DNA of 64,000 nt from Pomacea canaliculata (Eukaryota). Under the pieces are notes generated by a model. The model searched no databases. It worked only from the letters and a program-made list of their open reading frames with translations, and had not been told where the DNA came from. This document shows, one piece after another, positions 24,444 to 36,837 of this stretch. Numbering within the stretch: position 1 is the first letter of the stretch; each line of letters starts with the position of its first letter. The translations under genes and the position numbers were made by a program. Where the stretch lies: assembly GCF_003073045.1 (NCBI RefSeq), contig NC_037593.1:29329367-29393366 (forward strand). Direction: 5' to 3'.

Positions 24444-24575
24444 GTGGTAGCCCACCCCGTCAACCCTCTTTTTTTCTCTCTCTCTCTCTCTCGGCTTTGA
24501 ATGGTGGGATTGAACTTGACACGTTGCACAATGCGTGAGCGTGTGAGCCCAGCGCCAGGCTCAGTGCTCAAAGAC
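24444..24575 (-). mobile_element. Candidate tRNA-derived SINE fragment (minus strand) with B-box-like 'GTTCAATCCCACC', internal (GA)n and an A16 tail
   Basis: Minus strand reads '..gagcctggcgctgggctcacacgctcacgcattgtgcaacgtgtcaagttcaatcccaccattcaaagccgagagagagagagagaaaaaaagagggttgacggggtgggctaccacaaaaaaaaaaaaaaaa'. Does not fold as a clean tRNA cloverleaf by eye. Confidence 0.3.
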
Positions 24576-25393
24576 TTTATACAACTTTGTTAACCAAAAC
24601 TTATGAAAGTTTACTAAATGTTGTATGAAAGTCAGATCATACAATAACTGTCGGCACTAGGTCATTTGACACGTGCGTGGGCTTCATTACTTTTGTCAAT
24701 GAAGTATGTGACAGATTTATTTTTACCAGTCCAGTACACTTTCAAATACATTTTATGGTTGACCCCAGTCTGTTTTATAATTCTGAAAGAGAATGCATGG
24801 AGCACCGTATAATGTATGGCCTCGCTACAAGAATGGCGGTTGGTCGTCGATTGACTATCTTTGTACAAATCCCTGTGTGCTGCGTGTATTTCTGTGTACA
24901 TGTGTATGAGTGAGTTGATTTGGTGTGCGTTTGTATGTCAGATATCCTTGTATGTGTGTGAGAGAGAAATACAGAGAGATTTTAAATGTAAGAGAAAGAT
25001 ATTTGCGTTGGTTAATATGTAGGATGAAAAGAAAGTAGGATTCCGCTATGTATTTAATGTCGCACACTTTTTGCCTTGTACAGATGTAAATTTAAAGAGC
25101 TCTTCTTCTCTATTTCCTCTCTATCCAAAATTTCAATCAGACGCAAATTTAGGTTGCAGAATGTTTCTAGCAGTTGCAATTCTGGAACATTTTCTAGCTC
25201 AGATAGCATGGAATAGTTTCGATTTTTCAAAACAAAAAAAAAAAGTGCAAAGAAAGTTTTTTTATCCCTCCATTACAAAAAAAAAACTTTTGGACACTTG
25301 GAAATCGATGGTCTACCTAGTAGTCTATTATTATTGTTACTACTACTGGCAGGAAAAACATTGCAGGAAAAAAAAGAAAGTTTGTCTTGGCGA

Positions 25394-25506
25394 TTAATTT
25401 GAATATTGGAAGCTGTAAGGAAGTCCTTCCACCTGCTCCTTAATAACGGCGTCCATCTTTTCGCTCATGGCCACTGTGAAGTAGTTCTTCCAGTCTCCTA
25501 TTTCCC
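25394..25506 (-). CDS. SULT-7 coding exon 5
   Basis: 'tgttccag|GGGAAATAGGAGACTGG'. '(G)[36 protein letters not shown]'. TAA stop at 25394-25396. 113 nt. Exon sum 978 nt. Confidence 0.8.
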
Positions 25507-25687
25507 CTGGAACATCAGTAAATTATCGACAGAATTATTTCAAATGTTCGCATAAAAAAAGTACAAATGGACACAATACGACATTGGAAGCAGACTCACA
25601 CATACAGGCGCGCGGGCACACACAAGGACACAAACTTGACGATTTTTTTCATTTAATATTTTTCTTTCAGAAAACCATGTAACTGAC

Positions 25688-25874
25688 CTTTACGGTAAAA
25701 TTCAGGAGGAGGCTGCTTCCGCTCTCCAATTTTCAGGTCACGCCAGGGTCTTTTCAGGTCAGCTCCTTTCTTCAAGTTCTTGAAGCTGCAGGCTTCGGCG
25801 ATGTCTTCACAAAGTTTATCTTCGATGTCCAATTCCAAAAACTTGGCCAAACGTTTCACATTTTCCGAAGGATT
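25688..25874 (-). CDS. SULT-7 coding exon 4
   Basis: 'ttcttccag|AATCCTTCGGAAAATGTG'. 'NPSENVKRLAKFLELDIEDKLCEDIAEACSFKNLKKGADLKRPWRDLKIGERKQPPPEFYRK(G)'. GTCAGT donor. 187 nt. Confidence 0.8.
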
Positions 25875-26001
25875 CTGGAAGAAAACGGCAACACGTGAAC
25901 TTAAAGGGGTTTCAGTAAGTGCTGCTGATATATATTCAAATTTTAACAGTTTTTTTGGAATTGAATACTTTTAGCTTGATGATGATGATGATTAACGATA
26001 C

Positions 26002-26105
26002 CTTCTTCATGTCTTCAAACGACAGAGTCAGAACTGGCACTTCTGGATTCTCTAGTAGAAATGTAGTCACCTGTTTCATATGCCAGAAGTAGTTGTCTAA
26101 GGGCA
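26002..26105 (-). CDS. SULT-7 coding exon 3
   Basis: 'tgtttcag|TGCCCTTAGACAACTAC'. '(x)PLDNYFWHMKQVTTFLLENPEVPVLTLSFEDMKK'. GTATCG donor. 104 nt. Confidence 0.8.
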
Positions 26106-26509
26106 CTGAAACAATATGTATATGCACTAAATAATTATTTTTCACGTTTATTCAACGTGTGCGTTTTTGTTTTGTTTTGTTTTGTTTTGTTTTAATAGAT
26201 TCACACTGTCATTTGCTGTGTTTTTCTTTTTCTGTCCTTTTCTCTTTGCACAGTATGACTTTTAAATGATTATCTTCCTTTCTCTCTCCTATGTCTAAAC
26301 TCCCACTTGTTCGGTAGACATCTCATCTAGCTCTAGAAAAAATACAAAAATGATCAACTGGTAGATACACACCGTTTTAGAGGAGCCTGAATTGTTTTAA
26401 TTCATTTACTGCTCCGTAATTGTTTTCAAATATATTACAGTGTATTAAATTAAGCATATTTTTTCAGCCCTAATAATTTGTCTAGAAACTGATCAGAAAC
26501 AATACAAAC

Positions 26510-26836
26510 ACTTTCCGAAGAAATACAATTCGCAGAACTCGTTGAATGAGAGTTCAGGTATGGGGGTGGTGACTTGTGCTTTCAGGTGGTGGTAGTAGGA
26601 CACACAGGAATCTTTGGGATTTCGATACACGTATAGAATTTTTGTTTTTTTCTCTTTCAGCTGTTGCCATGGCAGCATGTAGAAAGGAAGATGGGAATTG
26701 AGGATCCTGGGTGATGGCGTTTTCTCCAGTTTGTCAATGTTGGTAAACTCTATCATGAGTTCCTCTTTGGCACGGTTTTCATACTCGGCCTTTCCCTGTA
26801 ACAGCATGGAACACACCTCCCATAGCCAGTGAGTGC
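26510..26836 (-). CDS. SULT-7 coding exon 2
   Basis: 'cttgcag|GCACTCACTGGCTATGGGAGG'. '(G)THWLWEVCSMLLQGKAEYENRAKEELMIEF..NSHLPFYMLPWQQLKEKKTKILYVYRNPKDSCVSYYHHLKAQVTTPIPELSFNEFCELYFFGK(C)'. GTTTGT donor. 327 nt. Confidence 0.85.
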
Positions 26837-27222
26837 CTGCAAGTTGTACAAATATATTGATAAGGAGAGACTTCTATCATTATCAACTGGATACACGATT
26901 TAACTTCTGTGTTTTACATTGATCACTACTTTTGTGGCCATAATCAGTATGCTTGTTATTACCATTACTTTTTATCTGAGGTCTGTCTTGATCCCACCGA
27001 TATTGAAAGCGTCTTCTGTCTACGAAATACCATTGAAGTAATGACTGTAATGAAATATTTTGCAGATGATGCAAGCATGTTTTTTTAGCGATAAAGGACC
27101 AAGCTTTACCCTATGAACTCATTGTCTTTTATAACTACGGTCCCAGGGTTCAAGCGACATCAACAGAGTCGTTTCCCATGACAACTGACTCTACCTGACT
27201 GCTCACGGCCCCAGGAACTCAC

Positions 27223-27469
27223 CTGCCTTAGGATAAGCACAAATTAGCATGTCGTCCTCTCGAATTTGCATGCGTTTGATGTCATTTACATGGACATCCC
27301 AGCTGGTGGATAGTGACGATGGAGGAACTGGCATGAAGGGGAAGCCATTGAGGACATAGGTGAAAGGTCGAGGGTCATCTCCCAGGAAGGTCATAGTTCC
27401 CGCCGTCCCACAACGAGAAGTGATGTCGCCATTTTCGCTTTGTGGTGTTTGAGGACTTTCCGACTCCAT
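27223..27469 (-). CDS. SULT-7 cytosolic sulfotransferase (subfamily II), coding exon 1 of 5
   Basis: ATG at 27469 (minus) 'MESESPQTPQSENGDITSRCGTAGTMTFLGDDPRPFTYVLNGFPFMPVPPSSLSTSWDVHVNDIKRMQIREDDMLICAYPKA(G)'. GTGAGT donor. Confidence 0.85.
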
Positions 27470-30356
27470 AAGCAGGTTTTATTTCTTAAATGTGCAGAAA
27501 TGGCTTTTATTCTGGTCAAAGAGAAATTATTATACTCACACTGATTATACAAATACTAAAACTTAATGCTGATGACTAATCTTTTCTAAACCTAGAATTT
27601 TCTCGTAATGAGGTGATGAGCTAATTTCAGTGCGGTAATTGTTAAAAGGATAATCTTGAATTACGTATTTCAGTAAAGAAATTATCAAAACAGATAAGTG
27701 AAGTGTAGATGGGTCTGACGATGGATGTTCCTTTATGATGTAAAGGGTCAGATAAAAAAAATATCGTTTATCACTGCACTGGTAAGTCTGTATGAACTAA
27801 CACCAAATGTCCCTTTCACAACAGCACTAAACTGTAATAATAAGCAACTTTTAATTTTTCATTTTTACACAGGAAGACATGATGCTCTTAATCAGAATAT
27901 CATACTAAACCTAACCTTCACTACAAAATAAAAGGAACGGTTGTACCTGCAATTTTCTAACAGACTTTCACACCTTCAGCGGTTCTGTCAAGCTTAATTA
28001 ATCAAGGATAATTAAAAAAACAAAAATTTATTTCAGATCGCTATCACTATTATCTGATGGGAGATTGACTTAAAAAATAAACCCGATCTACGGCTTGTTG
28101 TGTGGTATGAACTTCATTATCATGAGACATTTTTTGACTGTAGTCTTTCTTTTTTTTTTCTTTTTCTTAGTCGACATGATATCTGGATCAGGTATAATAA
28201 GGAAACAGAATCAAAAGTTTGCATGTGCCTCTATGTCATCTGGAAAGACAATCGATGCCAATGATCTTCTGACAGGAAGGGTTACCTGGCAGGTCAACTC
28301 TCTTCACAAGTATTAGCAATTAGCCAAGACTAGCAATCAGCAAAGCCCCAGTCACATTACAATCGAGCATATAATTCAAATATTAATTAAATTAATTAAT
28401 ATAAAATAAATGCAACTGGACAATTATGGAACTTTTGTAACCTTACCCGCTTAGAAAGTGCTTCGATGAAAAGACCGGTAACTGCTTCAGTAGATTGACA
28501 CCTCAGTAAATTAATTAAGTGATGAGTTCATCACAGTAGCATTGAACAAAAGCAGGTTCTGTGCAATGTCACTGGTGGTCTTTTATCTAATCTACTTTTT
28601 TCTCAGGCTGATAGAGCAAAATAATTATTAACAATTTGGCTAGTGTTCAAAAAGCTTATCACAAATATGACTAAAGTACATTGTTGTATTTTTGTGTTGA
28701 CTACTATAACTCCAGTATTGTTGGCCTTCCTGACTTTGCCGTCAATATTTTCTAGTCCACGTGTTCAAATCAGTGCTGTCGTCTCAATTTCCGTAAGAAT
28801 AAAACTGATCACGTGACTCCTTTGCTTACTGCACTCCACTGGTTCCACTTTTATAAGTGTCTTAATGGCTCTGCCTCCATCTACCTACTTACCAAACTCA
28901 CTTCATCTCCACACACCGCCTATATTCGCTTCTTATTCTCTCAGGCCTTGCATTCCTTGGACCTGACTTCGTATACTTGGTCTTCGTTCCTATTCTGTCT
29001 CTGGTCCTCTTTTTGAAATAAACTGCCTCTCCTCTTTCAGAAAGCATCTAAAAACTTACTGTTTTCTCCTCCCATGTATATTTGTGTGTTCATGAATTGT
29101 TGTATCAAGAATGGGTACTTCATAAATACATGTTTAACCTTTTGTATTGTTTGAAATGTCGTTTGCATTTCGTGCATTTGTTTAGCCCTGTCCATGGTGA
29201 CCTGTCCTCTCGGCGCCCTTTACCTCATTATTTATGTCATAACCCTAAAAAGCGAGACCCATAGCAAAGCAAACATTTATTTGTTGCGGTTTGTTCTTGT
29301 TTGTAATCGCATTGCATGACCTCACCTGTTGGCTGGTGTTTGTCTGAGGCTCTGAATCTCGTCTGAGGGTGAGAGCAAAGAAGAGAAACTTGGGCAGGAC
29401 CAGAGCATGTAGTATTTGCAATCTTGTTTTTCGTGATTTACTTGTTTGTGTGTCGTCTTGTGTCTTGTGCGTGTCTTTATTTTCTTCTTTCAATAAAACT
29501 TGATATCTGTATTGTCTCTGTGTTAAGGGACTAGATGATGCACAGTGAGAATTTGAATAAACAAGAAAGCAACAGGACAGCATGAGAGAAAAGACACATA
29601 ACTGAGAAAAGTCCTCCACAGTTATTTCTTCCTCTCTCGCATACCTAAGTATATGACACGAGCAAATGTGTGATAATATGATCAACAATCCCCTCCATAC
29701 AGGCAACCACTGCGTCTGCAAACAGAAACCCACGTGACCTCAGCACGACAAAAATGCACTCCATGACTTCCTCTACTCCTCTGCTCTTCCGCGCCTCTCC
29801 AGCCTGCCCTAGCTGCCCTACTTTTTCAGGGGTAGGGGGTTGTTTGCTAGTGTCCCAGGGTCCGACCTCGGAGCACGCGTGCTTTTCTCTCCATGTGACA
29901 CCTAGTTACATATAATAGAGTGTTTGACAGCATGCGTGTACGAAAATCATTATATATATATAAATCAGGATTATGCCAAGATCATGAACGGCAGAAACAA
30001 CAGACGAAGGCCCATCCCTATGACATTTTTCTCTTACACTTAAATTACCAATTAAAAACTATTTATCTATTTTAACAATATAACCCACAACTCAAACAAA
30101 ACCTCGAATCTGTGGAGTATGACAATAATTAACAACACGACAGCTTCGTTTGAACTTTTTTAAAATCGTTCTATCAGTTGTTTAACTCCGGACTTGTAGT
30201 CTTACACAAGCTTATCTCTGTTTATTGACGGCATTCATGCTGATAATAGACTCACAAAGGCGATCCTCTTTCAAAGAAAAAAACATTTTCTGGGTACAAC
30301 GTGTCTGTGAATCGGAATAGCAGACGACAAGCTGGCGCAGCAGAACGAAAATGCAT

Positions 30357-30390
30357 GTCACGTGACCACCTTGCCGCGTGCGCAGCCAAT
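30357..30390 (+). promoter_or_regulatory. Palindromic E-box decamer GTCACGTGAC (30357-30366) plus CCAAT box (30386-30390), ~200 bp upstream of the SULT-8 start codon
   Basis: 'catgtcacgtgaccaccttgccgcgtgcgcagccaatgacag'. Position -210 to -180 relative to ATG 30567. Confidence 0.45.
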
Positions 30391-30566
30391 GACAGTGCGT
30401 GTTTGGCAGACGACATGCAGCCTCCCGGGAAAACGAACAGCTGAGCGTGGCTGAGCAAAAATAAAAGCTCACAAAATATCCTGAAGTGCCCACACGAACC
30501 CACTTCAAAAGAAAGAGAGTATTTCGTCGCTGCCGAGACACAAACGGAAACAAACCGTCAGCAACA

Positions 30567-30765
30567 ATGTCCGGCCCAGAGGACAGCGCAGCCAAAATGT
30601 CGGACATGGAGAAAAAGGAACTTCGTGACCTGGTGATCCCTGTGGTGGAGGGGATCCCTCTTCCCATTTTGAGAAGTACCACGGGGTGGGAGAAACACAT
30701 CGCCGATCTGCGCAAAATGGAGCTTCAGGACGATGATATTCTGCTGTGCAGCTATCCTAAAACAG
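30567..30765 (+). CDS. SULT-8 cytosolic sulfotransferase (subfamily III, short N-terminus), coding exon 1 of 5
   Basis: ATG at 30567 'MSGPEDSAAKMSDMEKKELRDLVIPVVEGIPLPILRSTTGWEKHIADLRKMELQDDDILLCSYPKT(G)'. GTAAGA donor. An in-frame upstream ATG at 30486 is a less likely alternative start. Confidence 0.75.
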
Positions 30766-31276
30766 GTAAGAGACTGATCGAGGTAAGTGTCGATCGTTAG
30801 ACTGATGTCAGAGGCATCGACTGAAGGGTGGGGCCACACAGCTTCGATGTGAAGAGGACTCTCGGATGTGAAAGAAGCTGAGGTGGGAAAAATCTTTCAT
30901 CCAGCAAAACTCTAAAGTGCAAGTGCACACGCACGCACGAGGACGGGGAAGACAGAACGAGAAAGACCCACGTGAAATGTCAGTGAAGGTGGCAAGAGAG
31001 AAAATCATCGTAAGGTCAAAATGTAGAACAGTGGAAAGGGTCAGGCAAGGGGCTATACGGGAATGGGAGCAATTTTCGTCGCACCCAAGTGAATCACCTA
31101 GCAGGAAAACGCAACCACGAGTAAAAGATAAGATATTCCTGTATGGTCTTGCACAGATGTCTCGTATCCCTGCGCTGCTGTTTTATTGTCCACTACGACA
31201 GCACATTGAGTATTGAGTAAGCTTATAATCACACCACTGTATAATCACTTATAATCACACCATATCTGTTGGTCAG

Positions 31277-31603
31277 GAACTCACTGGCTGTGGGAGGTGA
31301 CCTCCATGCTGGTCCAAGGCAAGGCCGAGTACGAGACTCGTCGCAAGGAACAGCTGATGGTCGAGTTTGTCGACGTCGACATGATAGAGGCCATGGCGTC
31401 TCCGCGCATCCTCAATACGCATCTTCCGTTTTCTATGTTGCCGTGGCAACAGATCAGAGACAAGCGTGTCAAGGTCCTTCATGTTTATCGTAATCCCAAG
31501 GACACTGCTGTGTCCATGTACTTCATGATGAAAGACGTTTGGAAACTTCACGGAAAATCATTGGAGTTTTCAGACTTTTTTGAACAATTTATAACTGGCA
31601 AAG
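31277..31603 (+). CDS. SULT-8 coding exon 2
   Basis: 'ttggtcag|GAACTCACTGG'. '(G)THWLWEVTSMLVQGKAEYETRRKEQLMVEFVDVDMIEAMASPRILNTHLPFSMLPWQQIRDKRVKVLHVYRNPKDTAVSMYFMMKDVWKLHGKSLEFSDFFEQFITGK(G)'. GTGAGA donor. 327 nt. Confidence 0.85.
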
Positions 31604-31994
31604 GTGAGAAGCTCTTCTTTTATAAATGTTTGCTGTAGTATTTTGGTAGAGATAAGTAAAAAAAATAAAAATTAAATAAATACGGACAAAATTTACTTCT
31701 TACTCAATTAATTAATTAATCTTACATAGGGCGAAGTGCACTTCATTTTTAAGAGTGCTTGTCAGCAAGGTAGTAAACATCTGCAAAAACAAAGACATTT
31801 CCATGTCCTTTCCCCACAGTAAATTTTAATATTAGGATAGCGTGGGGCTGTTTATATCTGTTTATTATTTCGAATTTAAAATTCTCTCACACACACATAG
31901 AGTACTCATCCTACTGTAGCCAGATATCCCGAAGGGAAGTAAACATCAAGGACTGGAGTAGTCGCTAAGATGTGTGCATCTGATTTTCTTTTAG

Positions 31995-32098
31995 TCATGT
32001 ATGGTGGCTACTTCAACTACCTGCGGCAGTTTAACGCTTTCGCCCGTGAGAATCCGACTGTCCCAGTGTTGACTATCTCATTTGAAGAAATGAAACGG
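31995..32098 (+). CDS. SULT-8 coding exon 3
   Basis: 'ttcttttag|TCATGTATGGTGGCTACTTC'. '(V)MYGGYFNYLRQFNAFARENPTVPVLTISFEEMKR'. GTTTGT donor. 104 nt. Confidence 0.8.
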
Positions 32099-32282
32099 GT
32101 TTGTAATGAGACTTTGAACCTTAAGACTAGATCGAACCATTCTGGCCTTACTTAAAATTATATGAAACAGGGAAGACCTCTATAAGAATACACAAACACA
32201 CTGACTGACTAACACACACACACACGTTCTCAAGGATCTCTCTTTAAACTGATAAAATTGTTTTCATTGAAAAAAATTTCAG

Positions 32283-32463
32283 AATCCAGCAGCAAAAGTA
32301 CAACAGCTTGCAGAGTTTCTGAAAGTTCCAGCATCACAACAGCTGTGTGAGAAAATTGCAGAAGCCTGCAGTTTCCAGAATATGAAGAAACAAGATGACA
32401 ACAAAGAGGAACCTGAAATCTGCGTAAAAACTCCACTCCCCAAAATCACAATGTATAGAAAAG
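32283..32463 (+). CDS. SULT-8 coding exon 4
   Basis: 'aatttcag|AATCCAGCAGCAAAAG'. 'NPAAKVQQLAEFLKVPASQQLCEKIAEACSFQNMKKQDDNKEEPEICVKTPLPKITMYRK(G)'. GTAATA donor. 181 nt. Confidence 0.8.
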
Positions 32464-32648
32464 GTAATAATGATACTGTGTAACTCTTTGTCTCATTATT
32501 ACATTGTAATGAAAACGCATTGCAGCTGCCTCACTCATATAATTCACATTTGAAATTTAGTATCTAGTTCTTAACTCATCTGACAACTCAGGAAATCTTC
32601 GTTTTACCGTTTTGTCAGCCTTCTGATCCCCGTATGTTCGTGTTTCAG

Positions 32649-32758
32649 GAGAGGTGGGCGACTGGAAGAACTACTTTACTGTGGCCATGAGCGAGCGGAT
32701 GGATACAGTCGTAAATGAAGAGATGAAAGACATGCCTTTAGTCATACAGTACTCGTGA
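32649..32758 (+). CDS. SULT-8 coding exon 5
   Basis: 'tgtttcag|GAGAGGTGGGCGACTGG'. '(G)[35 protein letters not shown]'. TGA stop at 32756-32758. Exon sum 921 nt = 307 codons. Confidence 0.85.
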
Positions 32759-33644
32759 AGCAACATCCTGACACCATCGGTGTTCTTCCTAGAATTCATC
32801 TCGGGACCTGTAATAGTAGTAGAAACAGTACTGGAAAAGAAATGAACTAATGGGGTGCGGGAAAAAGAAAGGAGTGAGAAAGTGTGGTGGGGAGAGAAAG
32901 AGAGAGATGCGGGAGGGAGAGAGAACGAATGCGATTTTTACCACATCCACAAAGTCTATGAATATAAAGATTTTCTAATTCTTTATTTTGTTAGGTTAGT
33001 GTTCAGGTTAATGTTTAATGTTCTACATATCCACTAATTTTCCACGGAGGCATGCATCTGTGTCAGCTGTCTTTTTGTAACCAGTATTACTTTAGCACAC
33101 AACACACGGAGGATACTTTTTTAAACAGAGAGAAAGGACCAAACCTTTTTTACTCATCCCGAAAGATTGTACATAGATATGTATGTACATATCTATACAC
33201 ATACTATACAAGTCTATTAAACAATCTATTAAAAGTGTCCTGTTCTCTGCATTTTTGTTAAATAGTATCATAATTATTAATTATTTAAAGTCGACAGTAA
33301 CTGGTTTGCTGATGACTTGTGAAAAGAAATACAGTATATGAGGGTGAGTGGATAAAGACCCTGGACAAAAGTAGACACCTTTTGGCCATGTTTGACAAAC
33401 TTTTGTACTAAACCTTCACATAAACACTTCACATAAACTTTTGTCCATATTTGTCCGGAGAAGACGGGAATTTATTCATTCAAATAAACAGATAGACCAT
33501 GACCCGTCCTCAACATCCACTGATAGCCCAGCTCTTATCATGAATGTTGATAAATACATCCTGCATCTCAGTAGTTGACACAGATACGTACACTGGATCC
33601 CTACAGAGGTGAGAACACAAACACAAACACAAGACAGAGGCACA

Positions 33645-33819
33645 ATGTCGGGCGGAGAAGCAGCAGAGCCGGTCGCTAACTTAATAACAATCGACGTGGA
33701 CGGGTTTCCACTTCCGGTCAAGCGCAAGAGTGTGGAAGAGTGGAGAAAGGCCATCGATGGGCTGAGAAAGGTGGAGCTTCGGGACGATGACATTTTGATG
33801 CTTTGTTATCCTAAAGCAG
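33645..33819 (+). CDS. SULT-9 cytosolic sulfotransferase (subfamily III), coding exon 1 of 5
   Basis: ATG at 33645 'MSGGEAAEPVANLITIDVDGFPLPVKRKSVEEWRKAIDGLRKVELRDDDILMLCYPKA(G)'. GTAAGA donor. An upstream in-frame ATG at 33609 is a possible alternative. Confidence 0.75.
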
Positions 33820-33952
33820 GTAAGATGATAACAATAATCAAAACACGGATGCTGGTGTCTTTCTAAAACTATACGACACATTTCAGGACAAGGTGTGTAA
33901 AGATACTCAGATATACTCAGATGCCTGAAAAGTGTTTTATTTGTTTGCCCAG

Positions 33953-34285
33953 GAACTCACTGGCTGTGGGAGGTGACCTCCATGTTGTTGCAAGGCAAGG
34001 CGGAATACGATCCCAGGCGCAAAGAACAGCTCATGATGGAGTTCGTCGACGTGGATGAAATGGCGGCCATGCAGTCGCCGCGAATCCTGAACTCTCATCT
34101 TCCTTTTTCCATGTTGCCATGGGAACAAATCCGGGACAAAAGGATCAAGGTTTTCCACATTTATCGCAACCCCAAGGACACTGTAGTATCCTTCTTCCAC
34201 ATGTCTAAAGGCATTGCACTTCGCCAAAAGGTTCCGAGACCATTGGAGTTTGCCGAGTACTTTGAGAACTTCATCAATGGCAGAG
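33953..34285 (+). CDS. SULT-9 coding exon 2 (333 nt)
   Basis: 'ttgcccag|GAACTCACTGG'. '(G)THWLWEVTSMLLQGKAEYDPRRKEQLMMEFVDVDEMAAMQSPRILNSHLPFSMLPWEQIRDKRIKVFHIYRNPKDTVVSFFHMSKGIALRQKVPRPLEFAEYFENFINGR(G)'. GTTTGT donor. Confidence 0.85.
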
Positions 34286-34487
34286 GTTTGTGCTTTCACA
34301 TGCAATGTTTTTGTTATGAGTTATGCTAAGCTATGCATTATCTTTGACTAAAACCTGTCTTCAGTTCATCTAGAGCCTTGCAAAAGACAAGAAAATGAGA
34401 AGAAAAGGCAACAGATACTTAAAAGTTAACTTTAACAGACATTGCAACGGTGATGGAATGGCGCTAGATTTATTTATGTTTGTGCAG

Positions 34488-34591
34488 GTGCTTATGGCAA
34501 ATACTTCGCTTACTTACAGCAGTTTCACAAATTTACCCAAGAGAACCCGGATGTGCCGGTATTCAACTTGTCTTTCGAAGACATGAAAAAG
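34488..34591 (+). CDS. SULT-9 coding exon 3
   Basis: 'tttgtgcag|GTGCTTATGGCAAATACTTC'. '(G)AYGKYFAYLQQFHKFTQENPDVPVFNLSFEDMKK'. GTGAAA donor. 104 nt. Confidence 0.8.
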
Positions 34592-34934
34592 GTGAAAGTA
34601 AATACTCGGAACCTAAGTAAACGAAGACTTCCACAATTTTTCAAGTTAATGTCATCCACATCCTGTCAATCGCTGCACTGTATCAATACACAATTTGATT
34701 CTATTATTACTATTTTATTAGTTATTCGATGCGCCTCCTTTAATATGGAAGTAAAGGAAATAAAAAGACTCCAGTAACGAAGCATATGCTGTAGAAATTA
34801 TCAAGAAATAAAAGCATGTGAAATCTTACAGGCATCAAAATACTCACAGCAAGTAAAGAAAGTAAGTAAGAAATCCCACGAATAGTAACTTTTATTTCAA
34901 AAGAGAATTGTGTGAAATCTTGTTTTTCTCAAAG

Positions 34935-35112
34935 AACCCTCTGGAGAGAGTGAAGAGAATTGCCGAATTCCTGTCTGTGTCGATCGCGGACGAGGTTTGT
35001 GAGGAGATTGTAGAGGCCTGCAGTTTCCAGAACATGAAGAAGCAGGCTGAGAAGAAAGAGGTCACCAAAGGTGAAACTCGCCGTGTCACAGATGCCGATA
35101 TGTATAGGAAAG
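34935..35112 (+). CDS. SULT-9 coding exon 4
   Basis: 'ctcaaag|AACCCTCTGGAGAGAGTG'. 'NPLERVKRIAEFLSVSIADEVCEEIVEACSFQNMKKQAEKKEVTKGETRRVTDADMYRK(G)'. GTCAGC donor. 178 nt. Confidence 0.8.
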
Positions 35113-35342
35113 GTCAGCCATGTTTGTCTTTCTTTTCTATGTTGGGTAATTTTCCCCGTATTTTTATCTTCCCTTAAACCCTTCCATCCGTCTCTCAGCT
35201 GTCTGCTGTGTGCCTGCCAGTCTCTTGTCTTCAAACTTAATCAGTGACTGATGTGAGTGCAAGAATGTGGCTGATTGCTCTCCCCCTCCTCATAATTGCA
35301 GAAATGTTCCTAAATGTCTTTTGTTTACTTGTTTACAACAGG

Positions 35343-35452
35343 AGAGGCTGGCGACTGGAAGAATTACTTAACCGTGGCAATGAGCGAGCGACTGGACAAC
35401 ATGGCCAAAGAGGCTATGGTGGGTCTTCCGTATGTCTTGCAGTACTCCTGAA
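35343..35452 (+). CDS. SULT-9 coding exon 5
   Basis: 'tacaacag|GAGAGGCTGGCGACTGG'. '(G)EAGDWKNYLTVAMSERLDNMAKEAMVGLPYVLQYS*'. TGA stop at 35450-35452. Exon sum 900 nt = 300 codons. Confidence 0.8.
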
Positions 35453-36837
35453 TTACAGACCCATCATCCTTGTGAGAAGACATCATAAGCAAACAGAAAC
35501 GCCAGTGAAGATGATTATTATAAAAATAACGATTTTATTTTGTTCAAGTAGTCTACATTCTACATTAGTCTACATTAAATGACCTGCATTAAAAAGTTTT
35601 TTTATGTGAACATGAATATTGATATTGCAATGTGTGATTGGGACGAGGCAATGTCCAAGTTAAAGTATATAAATATAATTAGAATAAGGACTTAATGAAA
35701 AGAAAGATTTGAAGCAGCAAATAAAACAGACTTAGTTCACGCTAAATACCATCCTCGAGAATGACCGAAGAATAAACAAAGGTGTGGGGATTAGATGCAA
35801 TTTAGCCTTTCGCTTCAGAAATGGATGGCCAACCAACCAGCTGCTACTCATGTATCTAGCAAAGCAAAGAAAAAAATGGAAAAAATATTTACAGTGGCCA
35901 AACTAGAAGTGTAAGGCTTTAGGAATGAAAGCGAATTTCTACACAGCAGGATGGACTGGATTCTGATGCAACAAAATAGACTGATGGTCAGAGAAGCTGC
36001 CATTCTTATAGTAATAGGCCAATGAAGAAGAATATTTTTAAGTCTTCTTTAACCGTAGCTCCTGATACCGGCATACATAAGAAATTTAAAAAAGCAGCAT
36101 ATCTATCTAAATGTGTATTTATTTTTTTAACCTGCCTTCTGTCCCTGTGCAGTGTGCATAAACTAATCTTCACCTGTCACTCCCTGCAAAGGGTTAACTC
36201 ATTCATCTGATAGATGAACACTTGCCAACGTGCAAATATTTGTGTAAGAGACAAAAGGTTGGCCGTGCGTTTGGCTTATCAACAGGTCAAAAATAGTCGA
36301 CAAGTTCAAAGTTCGTCGGTGTCATCGCTTCATTACTTGGCTCAGATGCCCTAATTTTCTCTCTGCCACTGTGTTAACTTATTATCGAGGAACACGACAC
36401 AAGTCAGCAGGTGGTTTTGAAGGTAAATATGTATAGAATAATGTCTGGTTATAAATTAGTTTTTCAGCACAGCATTTGTCTATTCATGTGAGTAAGCGAT
36501 ATTTTAAAACTTTCGCACAGAAGTGATGTTAATCTCTTGCTCAATGGGGTTAAAAAGCCGTTAAATTTATTGTTTCACGGAGCAAAGTAACAAGACTGGA
36601 GTTTAAAAAGACTGAGTTTTAGTATTAATTTATAAATAATACTGGCACAGCCATAGCACAACATACTGATAGATATTTTAAAGCAAAAGGAATTTTAATA
36701 TGATTGTATCTGTTGCACTGGTCGACTTTATTTTTATTTTTTATTTTTTTTATATTTCATATTTTTTGTTTTAACTTTATATTTTTGAATAGTTGCGTTG
36801 TTATTAGGGAGTTTTAAAATGATGTTTTTTCAGCACA

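Noticed and set aside
24330-24580. Genuine tRNA gene near the T16 run
   Set aside because: A B-box-like motif is present, but I could not draw an acceptor or T-stem cloverleaf. Kept only as a low-confidence SINE-like remnant.
29245-29733. 162-aa ORF on the minus strand between SULT-7 and SULT-8
   Set aside because: No recognisable domain, Cys/Ser/Leu-rich low complexity, no splice or promoter context. Probably chance ORF in intergenic DNA. Left as unknown rather than annotated.
30212-30715. 167-aa antisense ORF overlapping the SULT-8 promoter and exon 1
   Set aside because: Overlaps the well-supported sense-strand first exon. Composition is typical of antisense noise through a GC-richer promoter.
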